Of a stretch of 64,000 bases of DNA, positions 51,529 through 60,430 are shown one piece after another. The notes under the pieces were generated by a model. That model saw only the letters and a list, made by a program, of their open reading frames with translations. It did not search any database and was not told the DNA's origin. The stretch is taken from positions 207,665 through 271,664 of the forward strand of contig CAWHSF010000003.1 of assembly GCA_963832025.1 (NCBI GenBank). Reading direction: 5' to 3'. Made by a program: the position numbers and the translations under genes. The stretch comes from Candidatus Nomurabacteria bacterium. GTDB lineage: Bacteria; Patescibacteriota; Minisyncoccia; Phycocordibacterales; UBA9973. Position 1 is the stretch's first letter, and each line of letters opens with the position of its first letter.

Positions 51529-52236
51529 ATGATTGATTTACATAATTTAAAAAAAGAATATCAAGAGGAAGAAACTCCGACGTTGGCTTTACGTGACGTG
51601 ACTTTTTCTGTTGAAAAAGGAGAGTTTGTTTCTATTATGGGTCCTTCGGGTTCAGGTAAATCAACTCTTCTGCATATTTTAAGTTTTCTTGACAGACCAA
51701 CCGGCGGAGCTTATACCTTTCAAGGTAAAAGTATTGATGACATGACTGACAAAGAACTTGCAGAAGTGCGCAATAAAGATATGGGTTTCGTTTTTCAATC
51801 TTTTAATTTACTTTCTCGTCTGACAGTTTATGACAATGTTGAAATCCCCCTTATCTATTCCGATATTCCGCCTAAAGAAAGACAAAAATTAGTGGAAGAG
51901 GCAGTAAAAGCGGTAGGACTTGAAGAAAAATTATATACCGAAGCCGGAAAACTTTCCGGAGGGCAAAAACAGCGTGTCGCCATTGCCAGAGCTCTAGTGG
52001 TTGACCCAAATGTTATTTTTGCCGATGAGCCGACCGGTAACCTTGATTCGCAATCTGGATTACAAGTTATGGAAATTCTTGAATCATTGCACGACAAAGG
52101 TCGCACGATAATACTAGTGACTCACGAGACAGAAACCGCAAAATTTGCAGATCGTATTATTAAAATAAGAGACGGAATGGTTGAGAGCGACGAAAAAATT
52201 GTTGCTCTACGTCATATTCGTGGCAGTTTAAAATAA
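51529..52236 (+). CDS. ABC transporter ATP-binding protein (MacB/LolD-type)
   Basis: GPSGSGKST; [15 protein letters not shown]; [11 protein letters not shown]. Start [11 protein letters not shown] chosen by comparison with the paralog at 40953-41657. Confidence 0.9.
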   Translation: MIDLHNLKKEYQEEETPTLALRDVTFSVEKGEFVSIMGPSGSGKSTLLHILSFLDRPTGGAYTFQGKSIDDMTDKELAEVRNKDMGFVFQSFNLLSRLTVYDNVEIPLIYSDIPPKERQKLVEEAVKAVGLEEKLYTEAGKLSGGQKQRVAIARALVVDPNVIFADEPTGNLDSQSGLQVMEILESLHDKGRTIILVTHETETAKFADRIIKIRDGMVESDEKIVALRHIRGSLK

Positions 52237-52237
52237 T

Positions 52238-53492
52238 ATGTTATTTAGAGACGCTTTTAAAACTGCAACGCGAAGTCTTGATGCATGGCAAGATGCGTTC
52301 AATCTTGACGATGCTCGGTATTGTTATCGGTATCGCCTCCGTTATTATTTTGATGTCAATCGGGCAATCAGCGCAAGATTTGATTTTAAATCAAGTGGAA
52401 TCCATCGGCTCCAATCTAATTATTGTCATACCCGGCGCTCCAGCCAATGGAAAATTTTCTTCGCCGGCGGCAGCGCAGGGAATTGTCATCACCAGTCTGC
52501 AACAGCGAGACGTGGAGGCACTGTCTCGCGAACCGTCAATCGATTATGCCGTGCCGGAAGTGCGTGGACAAGCAGATGTTGTTTATGGGAACAACGATGT
52601 GACGGAAGGTTTTACCGGTTCTACCGCGGATTTTTTTACTGTCAGTAATTTAGCCAAAGTTTCTGCCGGGCAAACTTTTACCAAAAGTGATGTCGATTCA
52701 GCCAATCATGTCGTTGTCATCGGTCCCGATTTAGCCAAGACATTATTTGGAGCAAACATAAATCCGATTGATAAAATAATTCGTTTAAAAAATGTTTCCT
52801 TCCGAGTGGTTGGAGTTTTGGCGAAAGGTGGCACCGGAGCCTTTGGCGTTGATATTGGAAACTTGGTAGTGATGCCGATCACAGTTGCCCAGACACAACT
52901 TTTAGGAATTAATTATTTTAATGTTATCGTTGTCCAGGCTGATGCTCAGTACGATAGTACTTTCGTAAAATCTCGCGTGGAATTTATTTTGGAACAGGAC
53001 CACGGTATTACTAATTCTAATAAAGATGATTTCACTATTGATACTCAGGAAGATATTTTGTCTTTACTTGGAAATATCACATCAATCTTGACTCTCTTTT
53101 TGGCGGCGATTGCTTCTATCTCGCTTTTGGTCGGGGGAATCGGCATTATGAATATAATGTTGGTTTCGGTTACCGAAAGAACGCGCGAAATTGGACTACG
53201 TAAAGCTGTCGGTGCCACCAACGGAGATATTTTAAAACAATTTTTAATTGAATCAGTCTTGCTAACGCTTTTTGGCGGCGTGATTGGTATCGCAATAGGT
53301 GCAGGAGTGGTGGGGTTGGTTTATTTTGCTATTTCAGTTTTTGATCCGTCGCTCGGCTGGGTTTTCGCCTTTCCTATTTCCTCGGTAATTCTGGGGCTTC
53401 TCGTTTCCGGTATTGCCGGTATTGCCTTCGGTATTTATCCTGCGCAAAAAGCCGGTAAGAAAAATCCGATTGATGCATTACGTTACGAATAA
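52238..53492 (+). CDS. MacB-type ABC transporter permease (FtsX-like), N-terminus displaced by a +1 frame change near 52274-52281
   Basis: MLFRDAFKTATRSL (ATG 52238) followed by +1 frame MHGKMRSILTMLGIVIG reproduces the 23-residue N-terminal length of the paralog at 39727-40956. Confidence 0.8.
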
Positions 53493-53514
53493 TTCTTATT
53501 GGACACCAGAATTT

Positions 53515-53551
53515 CTTGTCCGACAATGGAGAATTTTTGTTGTCGGACAAG
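53515..53551 (+). repeat. family H palindromic repeat after the second efflux operon (possible terminator)
   Basis: CTTGTCCGACAA-tggagaattttt-gTTGTCGGACAAG (12-bp perfect arms). Confidence 0.65.
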
Positions 53552-53557
53552 GAGAAT

Positions 53558-54292
53558 TTATCTTTTTAATATTTCGGCAACAATCGCCATGTGGTCGCTA
53601 ACTCCGTCTACCAGTTTAACGTTTGAAGTTTTGTATTCTGGGGTGGTAAAAAGACAATCAACCATATATTGCAATCCTTTAACCCTGTGTAATTTTTGGT
53701 CTAGGCTAGTTTTATATCCCAATGGGATATTGTCTTTATATTTTTTTTCAAGCATGTTAAAAGTTTCATTTCCACGAGGAGCGTTCATGTCTCCACAAAT
53801 AACAAACTCACCGAAGGAGTTTAATTTTTCCAAAAGATTTTTTGCTACTTCTATTTGAAAGGGGCTAGATTCTCCCTCTTTGGTAACCGGTAGGTGAGTA
53901 GTTATAATTTTGTATATTACACCATCAACATTTTTTACGTTCGTCCAGACTAAAGCATAATTTTTTATAAATTTTTCATCAGAGATATATTCATCAAACG
54001 ATTTTAAAAGATTCTCTTCTTTCCCATAATAAAAAATTGAGTCTGAATCAATAATGTTTTTTGTAAAAATCGCAATGCCCTGTCTTTTACCAATCAGCTC
54101 TAAATAATTCTTACTTTTAATATAACTGAAGCAACAAAAATTTCCACTTAAATTCAATTCTTTCTTAAAAAACTCAAAATCTTCTTCCAGAAGTTCTTGA
54201 AAACAAACCACATCAGGTTTTTCTTTTTTTAGAAAACTTAAAACAGTATCATAATGTAAATTATTTTCTATATTAATTGATATCAACTTCAT
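53558..54292 (-). CDS. endonuclease/exonuclease/phosphatase (EEP) family protein
   Basis: 244 aa; ...VVCFQE..., ICGDMNAPRGNE, SDHMAIVAEI motifs. Confidence 0.7.
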   Translation of the reverse strand: MKLISINIENNLHYDTVLSFLKKEKPDVVCFQELLEEDFEFFKKELNLSGNFCCFSYIKSKNYLELIGKRQGIAIFTKNIIDSDSIFYYGKEENLLKSFDEYISDEKFIKNYALVWTNVKNVDGVIYKIITTHLPVTKEGESSPFQIEVAKNLLEKLNSFGEFVICGDMNAPRGNETFNMLEKKYKDNIPLGYKTSLDQKLHRVKGLQYMVDCLFTTPEYKTSNVKLVDGVSDHMAIVAEILKR

Positions 54293-54298
54293 TGTCTT

Positions 54299-54307
54299 AT
54301 TATAGCA
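54299..54307 (-). promoter_or_regulatory. extended -10 box TGcTATAAT, 6 nt before ATG 54292
   Basis: Minus strand: tctgctataat-aagaca-ATG. Confidence 0.55.
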
Positions 54308-54316
54308 GATTTATTT

Positions 54317-55366
54317 TTAGTATTCTTTTGCATTATAGAAGTCTAGGTAAAAAGTTTTCTCCAAAGAATTTATTATTGTCGGGTCCGAAAGAAAAATTCC
54401 CAATTCACGGTTTTTATTGAGAGAAGTATAGGAAAAATTTTCTGAACCGATAAAAGCATTAGTGTCATCAGCCAGAATCATCTTGGCATGAATATAAAAT
54501 TTTTCACCGTGAAAAAGATGCAAATTTACACCCGCATTTTTTAATTCCGCAAAAGCATTTTTATCGGCACTCTGATACGTCATGACCACATTTACGGTTA
54601 CTCCCCGTTTTTCCGCCCGGATGAGTGCATCGATTACCGCAGAGTCCGCCATTTCTTCATTGTAGATATCGAGTTCCTTGGTGGCGCTCTTGATTATTAA
54701 AAGGATGTTTCCATCCGAGCCGGGACTCCAAACCAAATCGTCTCCATTTTCCGCTAAGGTGTTTTGATTAGTCCAATCATTGCCAAAAGTATTTTCTATC
54801 GCTCCGACATCGTTTTGATCCGTATCCAAAATAGCGAAGTCTCTGGCTGTGGCATAATATTCCGGCACGAAATTAAAAGTCATTATCAATGCTTTGTTTT
54901 TATCCACCACCATAGTTTTTTGGTGAGTCAAAGCAAAAAAACCGGGTGTCCAGTGTACTGCGACTCCTCCGGATTTCAAATATACGTATGCCGGCTCGTT
55001 CATTTTTTCTTCTTTGCCGTAATAGCCTTGGTTGATTAATACCCGCACACTTACTCCGCGTTTTTCCGCATCAATCAGCGCATCGGCAATGTCCTTGTCT
55101 TTAAATTCATACATGACCAAATCAATTGAGCTCGTAGAATTTTTTATCATAGCCAATATCGGAGAGATGCCTGCTTCCGGCTCTGTCATCAGAGAAAAAG
55201 TTCCGGCTGGCAGATTTATGTTTGGCAAACTTGCGCGAGTGTTTTCTTGGAGAGGAGTATTGAGCGGATGAGTGTAGGCAAAAATTAAAAAACAGACGAG
55301 AAATACAACCCCAATACAGGCATATATGGGATATTTTTTTATTTTTGAAATAAAACCATCAATCAT
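54317..55366 (-). CDS. phospholipase D-like protein with two HKD motifs and N-terminal TM
   Basis: HQKTMVVD...N and HAKMILADD...GSENFS motifs. Confidence 0.75.
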   Translation of the reverse strand: MIDGFISKIKKYPIYACIGVVFLVCFLIFAYTHPLNTPLQENTRASLPNINLPAGTFSLMTEPEAGISPILAMIKNSTSSIDLVMYEFKDKDIADALIDAEKRGVSVRVLINQGYYGKEEKMNEPAYVYLKSGGVAVHWTPGFFALTHQKTMVVDKNKALIMTFNFVPEYYATARDFAILDTDQNDVGAIENTFGNDWTNQNTLAENGDDLVWSPGSDGNILLIIKSATKELDIYNEEMADSAVIDALIRAEKRGVTVNVVMTYQSADKNAFAELKNAGVNLHLFHGEKFYIHAKMILADDTNAFIGSENFSYTSLNKNRELGIFLSDPTIINSLEKTFYLDFYNAKEY

Positions 55367-55742
55367 CCTTTGAAAGGTTTAAAATTTTTCCGGTATCCAC
55401 ATAAACTTGATACCAGGCAAAAGTGGAATTTTTGCCGGATAAGTTTTGATAAACTTGCACCGTCCAATAAACGCCAAAGGTGTCTTTGTCTGTCGTCGCG
55501 CTTACGCCTATGAGCGGATGCCCGTGTTTCTTTTCGGTTTGGGTGAAGAAGTTTTCTACTTCCGGCAAATCGCTGACTACCTTGATTGCTTGATCCTGAG
55601 TGATTTCGTTCTGGCTTTTATCTAAGACACTGGGAGTGTAAATAAAACCTAGCTCTTGCTCCACTAAATAATAAGCTAGCGCCCCAGCTATGATGGTGAT
55701 AATGAGAAGCGCATAAATAAAATTTACTTTTTTATAAATCAT
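55359..55742 (-). CDS. membrane-anchored small protein (hypothetical, PepSY-like shape)
   Basis: 127 aa; N-terminal TM. Overlaps the downstream PLD gene by 8 nt. Confidence 0.4.
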   Translation of the reverse strand: MIYKKVNFIYALLIITIIAGALAYYLVEQELGFIYTPSVLDKSQNEITQDQAIKVVSDLPEVENFFTQTEKKHGHPLIGVSATTDKDTFGVYWTVQVYQNLSGKNSTFAWYQVYVDTGKILNLSKDD

Positions 55743-55749
55743 TATCTAA

Positions 55750-55758
55750 AGTATAGCA
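55750..55758 (-). promoter_or_regulatory. extended -10 box TGcTATACT, 7 nt before ATG 55742
   Basis: Minus strand: tttgctatact-ttagata-ATG. Confidence 0.5.
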
Positions 55759-55905
55759 AAATTTGGACAAACGAAAAAGCCACAGAGACTCTTCCTAAAT
55801 AATTTAGATAAATCTAAGTGACTTGTGTGATTTGCTTCCGATTGGAAGAAATGTGGGCTTTGGGGGTCCGCGGCGGACCCCCAGTCCCGTGTTCCGCGCC
55901 TTCAG

Positions 55906-56040
55906 CTAGTCGGCCGGCTCGGTGTTGTCAGCGCAGAAGTTGGTGTTGAGGCCGGTGCTACCGCGGGTGTCGGTGAGGCCTTCGCATACGACATTGGCAT
56001 TCGGGTTGGCGCAGGAGGCGCCGAGACAGCGTTTGTTCAT
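55906..56040 (-). CDS. 44-aa Cys-containing peptide encoded in a high-GC islet (foreign-looking)
   Basis: MNKRCLGASCANPNANVVCEGLTDTRGSTGLNTNFCADNTEPAD. 35 of 43 codons after ATG end in G/C. AAGGAG lies 7 nt upstream of ATG. GC stem-loop GGGGGTCCG-cgg-CGGACCCCC lies downstream. Confidence 0.5.
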   Translation of the reverse strand: MNKRCLGASCANPNANVVCEGLTDTRGSTGLNTNFCADNTEPAD

Positions 56041-56153
56041 GGTGTTGCTCCTTGGGGAGAGGCTACCTTCTCGACTCCATAAAACTGGAAGGAACTCTCA
56101 GATAGAGAGTAATATATTTCTCTCCAACATACAAATAAGTTATCCCCACCTAT

Positions 56154-56315
56154 TTACTTAAACGCGAAAGCGAGGAGCACGATAGTGAGAGCGTTCAGAA
56201 CAACCAACGCAATCACTAATGCTGTTTTTGAATGCATCGCGTTGGGGTTGTTTAAAATATATACCGTGTAGATTATCGCAACAATCGCCGCGCCAATAAA
56301 ATTTCCTTTTATCAT
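56154..56315 (-). CDS. hypothetical 53-aa two-TM micro-protein
   Basis: Hand translation: MIKGNFIGAAIVAIIYTVYILNNPNAMHSKTALVIALVVLNALTIVLLAFAFK. Below the ORF-track cutoff. Confidence 0.35.
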   Translation of the reverse strand: MIKGNFIGAAIVAIIYTVYILNNPNAMHSKTALVIALVVLNALTIVLLAFAFK

Positions 56316-56395
56316 AGTTTTTAAATTATTAAATTAATAAAGCATTCGGCCTTTAATGGTTATATTATATCATCTTTCGAAATGAATTTTTCCTG

Positions 56396-56477
56396 CGGAG
56401 GGCAGAGGAGTCGAACCTCTAAGTGGTTTCCCACGATAGTTTTCAAGACTATTGCCATACCATTAGGCGAGCCCTCC
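56396..56477 (-). tRNA. tRNA-Ser (anticodon UGA)
   Basis: Acceptor GGAGGGC/GCCCTCC; anticodon stem-loop ATAGT-CTTGAAA-ACTAT; long variable arm GTGG-GAAA-CCAC; T-arm AGAGG-TTCGACT-CCTCT. Confidence 0.85.
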
Positions 56478-56505
56478 GTGTAATACAGAACAATATCAAT
56501 ATACC

Positions 56506-56994
56506 TTATTGTGCTTTTTTTTCAATCTTTTTTCGTAACCAGCTCTTTTCTAAAAAATGTTCTTCGTAATGACAATTTGGACAAATAAGTTCCAGGTTAT
56601 TTAATTCGTTGCGATTTCTGTTTCTGTCTTTGTGGTGGACTTGCAGAATTTCATATTTGTTATAATTGCATTTTTCGCATTTCAATCCTCTCGCTTTCAG
56701 AAGTTTTAGTTTTAGGGCTTGTTGAGACTTAACTTTGTCTCTCGGACTGCCTAAGTGGTATTTAATGCCTGTTCTTTGTATGTTAGCACAAGCCCTTCCA
56801 CAAGTTTTTTTATTTAATCCAGATAAAATTAATTTTCCGCAAACCGAGCAGGGGATTTCTTTTCTGCAAGATATTCCACGACAAACCAAGCTACAAAAGA
56901 CCTGTCCACTTTTTATTTGGAATGGTCTTCTATAGATTTCCTTACAGCAAACATTACATTTTGTATTCGGTTTTCTTTTGTACGGCTCGCTCAC
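56506..56994 (-). CDS. HNH endonuclease with N-terminal repeated Cys4 zinc-ribbon modules
   Basis: HHKDRNRNRNELNNLELICPNCH; upstream CxxC...CxxxC repeats; GTG start. Confidence 0.7.
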   Translation of the reverse strand: MSEPYKRKPNTKCNVCCKEIYRRPFQIKSGQVFCSLVCRGISCRKEIPCSVCGKLILSGLNKKTCGRACANIQRTGIKYHLGSPRDKVKSQQALKLKLLKARGLKCEKCNYNKYEILQVHHKDRNRNRNELNNLELICPNCHYEEHFLEKSWLRKKIEKKAQ

Positions 56995-57000
56995 TCATCC

Positions 57001-57009
57001 AGTATACCA
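57001..57009 (-). promoter_or_regulatory. extended -10 box TGgTATACT, 6 nt before GTG 56994
   Basis: Minus strand: agtggtatact-ggatga-GTG. Confidence 0.4.
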
Positions 57010-57013
57010 CTTT

Positions 57014-57259
57014 TTATTTAAATGACGAAAGTGCTTTGCGAAAATCTCTTTTTACGTCCGTCCAGCTTTTCTTTGCAATCTTGAAAATGTAGAAAATTTC
57101 TAAAATTCCCACAGTATTCAAGATGAGCAAAACGATAAACCATCCCTTTTGATTGTGCTTGGCACAGAGCCAAAGCGAATAGGCTTTCCATGGAATGGTC
57201 CAAAGAGCCAAGATTAAAATAATGACATTGAAAGCACCCGAACTATATAAATTATACAT
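57014..57259 (-). CDS. small two/three-TM membrane protein (hypothetical)
   Basis: 81 aa; WTIPWKAYSLWLCAKHNQKGWFIVLLILNTVGILEIFYIF. Confidence 0.5.
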   Translation of the reverse strand: MYNLYSSGAFNVIILILALWTIPWKAYSLWLCAKHNQKGWFIVLLILNTVGILEIFYIFKIAKKSWTDVKRDFRKALSSFK

Positions 57260-57294
57260 GCCGAAATAATAACAGAAAAAAGCATTTTATGCTA

Positions 57295-57362
57295 CCCGGT
57301 AGTGAAACTTGGCAAAGTTTTTTAAAACGTGCCGAAGCGCATTGCCAAGTTCTACTACCGGG
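57295..57362 (+). repeat. 21-bp-armed hairpin upstream of yqgF, related to family G arms
   Basis: CCCGGTAGTGAAACTTGGCAA ... TTGCCAAGTTCTACTACCGGG. Followed by TGcTAGTAT (57363-57371), 8 nt before ATG 57380. Confidence 0.55.
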
Positions 57363-57379
57363 TGCTAGTATTCTTTTAT

Positions 57380-57823
57380 ATGAGATTTTTGGGAATTGAT
57401 TATGGGACAAAGAGAATAGGACTCGCAGTTTCTGATGAAAATGGACAAATTGCTTTTCCGAAAGAAATACTCGTCAATGATTTGAATACTTTTAAAACGC
57501 TGGGTGATATAATCAAAACAGAAAAGGTCAAAGAGATTGTTGTTGGCGAGTCGGTGGATTTTTCCGGAAAATTAAACGCGCTGTCTGGCAGAATTGAAGT
57601 TTTTATTTTAGAATTAAAAGAGAAGTTTGGGTTGCCGGTTTACAAACAAAAAGAATTTTTGACTTCCGTGGAGGCCCGCCGTTCTAAAAATAGTAAAAAA
57701 GATTTTAATTCACCTCAATCACACAGCAAAGTAAAACAAATAAAGTCAGGGAGAGTAGATGCTTCGGCTTCCGCATTAATATTACAAAGATATTTAGATC
57801 GCAGAAATAAAACAAATGAGTGA
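57380..57823 (+). CDS. ruvX: YqgF/RuvX-family putative pre-16S rRNA nuclease / resolvase-like protein
   Basis: MRFLGIDYGTKRIGLAVSD N-terminus. The ORF is open from 57329, but that part covers the hairpin. Confidence 0.8.
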   Translation: MRFLGIDYGTKRIGLAVSDENGQIAFPKEILVNDLNTFKTLGDIIKTEKVKEIVVGESVDFSGKLNALSGRIEVFILELKEKFGLPVYKQKEFLTSVEARRSKNSKKDFNSPQSHSKVKQIKSGRVDASASALILQRYLDRRNKTNE

Positions 57824-58187
57824 AATAATCAAATTAGAAGATTTTAAAAAAATTGATATTGCGGTTGGGGAAATTTTATCCGCAGAAAAAGTTCCAGAAA
57901 CTGATAAGTTGCTCAGATTACTGGTTGATTTGGGACCCTCCGACGCCAAGGCTTTGGAGGGCGAAGGAGCCAACGATATAAGACAAATTGTTTCTGGTAT
58001 TGCCGAATTTTTTCCTGATTGCTCGGAGTTAGTGGGAAAAAAGTGCATGTTTGTGGCAAATTTGGAACCCAGAGTGATTCGTGGTCTGGAAAGTAACGGC
58101 ATGTTGTTCGCTGTTTCCGGAGAAGACGGAGAATTTTCTCTTTTAGAACCAAATAACAGCATAAAAGTTGGAGCTCGCGCTAAATAA
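57816..58187 (+). CDS. tRNA-binding domain protein (CsaA/Trbp111-like OB fold)
   Basis: DFKKIDIAVGEILSAEKVPETDKLLRLLVDLG...RQIVSGIAEFF...VANLEPRVIRGLESNGML. Confidence 0.75.
   Translation: MSEIIKLEDFKKIDIAVGEILSAEKVPETDKLLRLLVDLGPSDAKALEGEGANDIRQIVSGIAEFFPDCSELVGKKCMFVANLEPRVIRGLESNGMLFAVSGEDGEFSLLEPNNSIKVGARAK
57936..57975. repeat. GC-rich hairpin segment in-frame inside the tRNA-binding protein gene
   Basis: CCCTCCgacgccaaggctttGGAGGGcgaagg... encodes PSDAKALEGEGAND, between conserved VDLG and RQIVSGI. Confidence 0.45.
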
Positions 58188-58212
58188 AATAGCAACCGGA
58201 ACCAAAATATCG

Positions 58213-58218
58213 TATACT
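58213..58218 (+). promoter_or_regulatory. -10 box TATACT, 6 nt before pilM ATG 58225
   Basis: tcgtatact-attaac-ATG. Confidence 0.4.
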
Positions 58219-58224
58219 ATTAAC

Positions 58225-59331
58225 ATGTTTATGGAGTCACCTAATAAGAATTTTTCAAAATTTTTTCTTAAATTATTCCCTATTCCCAATTTTTTAGAAG
58301 CTCGTTCTTTTGGTTTGGATATATCGGATGAATCATTGAAATTTGTTGAGCTGCTCTCGACGAGGCATGGCATGAAGGTGGGGCGTTGGGGAGAAAAAAT
58401 TATTCCGCCCGGAGTGATTGAGTCTGGAAAAATCACAGACCCGAGACGAATGGAGGAGATTCTCTCCAGGTTGCGAAAAGAAGAAGGCGTAAAGTCTGTT
58501 CGTGTTTCTTTACCAGAAGAACAAGTTTACATCTTTCAACTTCGCCTGGAAAAAGCCGGACTCAAGAATATAAAAGAGGCGATAGAGCTTGTGCTGGAAG
58601 AACACGTTCCCATTCAAGCAGAAGATGCGATTTTTGACTACGCTTTAGTCAAAGAAGATGCGCAAAGTTTGGAGGTGCAAGTCGTGACAATTCCAAAAAA
58701 TATTATAGACAATTATCTGCTGATTTTTGAACACTCCCAAATACAAGTACAAGCTTTTGAATTGGAGGCGCAAGCCATCTCGCGCGCTGTTATCAAAAAT
58801 AAAGACATGGATACTTATATGATTGTTGATTTCGGCAAGAAACGAACTGGTATTTTCATTGTATCTAGTGGTATTGTCATGTTTACTTTTACTTTGGATG
58901 TGGGTGGTATCGCGCTTACCAATGTCATCCAAAAAAGTTTCAACGTAAATTTTGAAGAAGCGGAAAAAATGAAAGAAAAATATGGTTTAGAGCGTAGTTC
59001 GGAGAATAAAGAAATTTTTGCCGTGCTTTTAAACAATGTTTCCATTTTGCGCGATGAAATTGTGAAGCATTTTTTATATTGGAATACCCACAAAGACGAA
59101 GAAGGTAAAAATAATCCGCCGATAAAAAAAATAATTCTTTGTGGCGGAGATTCAAATTTGATAGGACTAGCAGATTATATTTCAGTAAGCATGAAGACTG
59201 CCGTAGAAATGGCAAATGTTTGGGTTAACATTATAAATACAGAAAGTTTTACCCCAGAGATGCCTTTTAGACAAGTTTTAGCTTTTGCCACGGCGTTTGG
59301 TCTGGTGCTCGGCAATTTCATTGATAATTAA
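58225..59331 (+). CDS. pilM: type IV pilus assembly protein PilM (actin-like ATPase fold)
   Basis: About 368 aa; FGLDISDESLKFVEL start; followed by pilN/pilO-like genes. Confidence 0.75.
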   Translation: MFMESPNKNFSKFFLKLFPIPNFLEARSFGLDISDESLKFVELLSTRHGMKVGRWGEKIIPPGVIESGKITDPRRMEEILSRLRKEEGVKSVRVSLPEEQVYIFQLRLEKAGLKNIKEAIELVLEEHVPIQAEDAIFDYALVKEDAQSLEVQVVTIPKNIIDNYLLIFEHSQIQVQAFELEAQAISRAVIKNKDMDTYMIVDFGKKRTGIFIVSSGIVMFTFTLDVGGIALTNVIQKSFNVNFEEAEKMKEKYGLERSSENKEIFAVLLNNVSILRDEIVKHFLYWNTHKDEEGKNNPPIKKIILCGGDSNLIGLADYISVSMKTAVEMANVWVNIINTESFTPEMPFRQVLAFATAFGLVLGNFIDN

Positions 59332-59335
59332 AAAG

Positions 59336-59878
59336 ATGATTAATTTAATTCCAAAAGAAGAAAAGAAGAAAATGGTCACAGAGTTTTACTACAGGCTTTT
59401 GGTTTTATTATTTTTAATGTTCAGTTTTGCTGTATTTATTGGGAGCGTAGTTCTGTTACCGGCCTATTTTTATTCCGTAGTTAAAGATGAGATTATTAAC
59501 AATAAACTGACTATGCAGAAAAATGACCCGGTCCCTGTGTCCAGCCAAGAATCCTTGACCGAGATAAAAGACATGAACGACAAACTCACTTTAGTGGAAA
59601 ATGCAGAGAAAAATAAATTTTTAATTTCCGCAAATGTTATCAATAATATTTTGGCAGAAAAAACATCCGACATAAAAATAATTCAAATTACATATCAAAA
59701 TGATCCGATTTTAGGTAAAAAAATCAATTTACTGGGGACAGCTTCTTCTCGTGATGCGCTACTTTCCTTTGAGCAAACTCTCCAAAATGATGCAAATTTC
59801 AAAAATGTAAACTTACCGATTTCCAGTTTTGTTAAACAATCCAACATTCAATTTGATTTGAGTTTAAGTCCTGCCTAA
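59336..59878 (+). CDS. pilN: type IV pilus assembly protein PilN-like
   Basis: MINLIPKEEKKK N-terminus followed by a single TM. Confidence 0.6.
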   Translation: MINLIPKEEKKKMVTEFYYRLLVLLFLMFSFAVFIGSVVLLPAYFYSVVKDEIINNKLTMQKNDPVPVSSQESLTEIKDMNDKLTLVENAEKNKFLISANVINNILAEKTSDIKIIQITYQNDPILGKKINLLGTASSRDALLSFEQTLQNDANFKNVNLPISSFVKQSNIQFDLSLSPA

Positions 59879-59881
59879 TAT

Positions 59882-60421
59882 ATGAAAAATAACTTTCCAA
59901 AAATATTTATATTTCTCTCAGCCTTAGTTTTCATATTTGCTTGCTTGGTTTTTGTGTTTTTATATATGAAAATAAATCAAAACAATCAAAAAGCAGAAGC
60001 AGGAATGGTGGCTTGGCAAACAGAAACAGAAAGGAGAAACGATATAGTTACTCTTAATACCTCGCTTGCCGAGGTGGCTCCTGACAGAACTTTGCTTGAA
60101 ACGCATTTTGCTCAAAGCTCTGACGTTGTGCCATTTTTAAATACCATCGGACAATTAGGGGCACCGGTCGGAGCTACCGTGGTAATCTCTTCGGTGGAGA
60201 CAAGTACGGACAACAGCTCATTGGTGGTGGATTTAAAAGCGACAGGGACTTTCGGGCAAGTTTATAAATTCTTGACCCTTTTAGAGAATTCTCCATATGA
60301 AATAAGTTTTAATTCAATGGATATGCATGAGTTGGTCGTGCCAACAACCCCTAATGAAAAAGTCGGAATTTCACAATGGGAAGGTGATTTTGAAATACAA
60401 CTTTTAAGTTATGTTCCATAA
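59882..60421 (+). CDS. PilO-like bitopic membrane protein
   Basis: 179 aa; N-terminal TM; position after pilN. Confidence 0.45.
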   Translation: MKNNFPKIFIFLSALVFIFACLVFVFLYMKINQNNQKAEAGMVAWQTETERRNDIVTLNTSLAEVAPDRTLLETHFAQSSDVVPFLNTIGQLGAPVGATVVISSVETSTDNSSLVVDLKATGTFGQVYKFLTLLENSPYEISFNSMDMHELVVPTTPNEKVGISQWEGDFEIQLLSYVP

Positions 60422-60430
60422 ATTCATTAT

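Noticed and set aside
52238-52648. 136-aa ORF overlapping the MacB-like permease
   Set aside because: Only its first ~14 codons (MLFRDAFKTATRSL) look genuine, as the displaced N-terminus of the permease. The remainder is an out-of-frame read-through.
55922-56161. 79-aa plus-strand ORF across the GC-rich islet
   Set aside because: GC-rich DNA keeps all frames open. The minus-strand frame has the strong GC3 bias, an SD and ATG, and a downstream stem-loop, so the plus-strand ORF is taken as a shadow.
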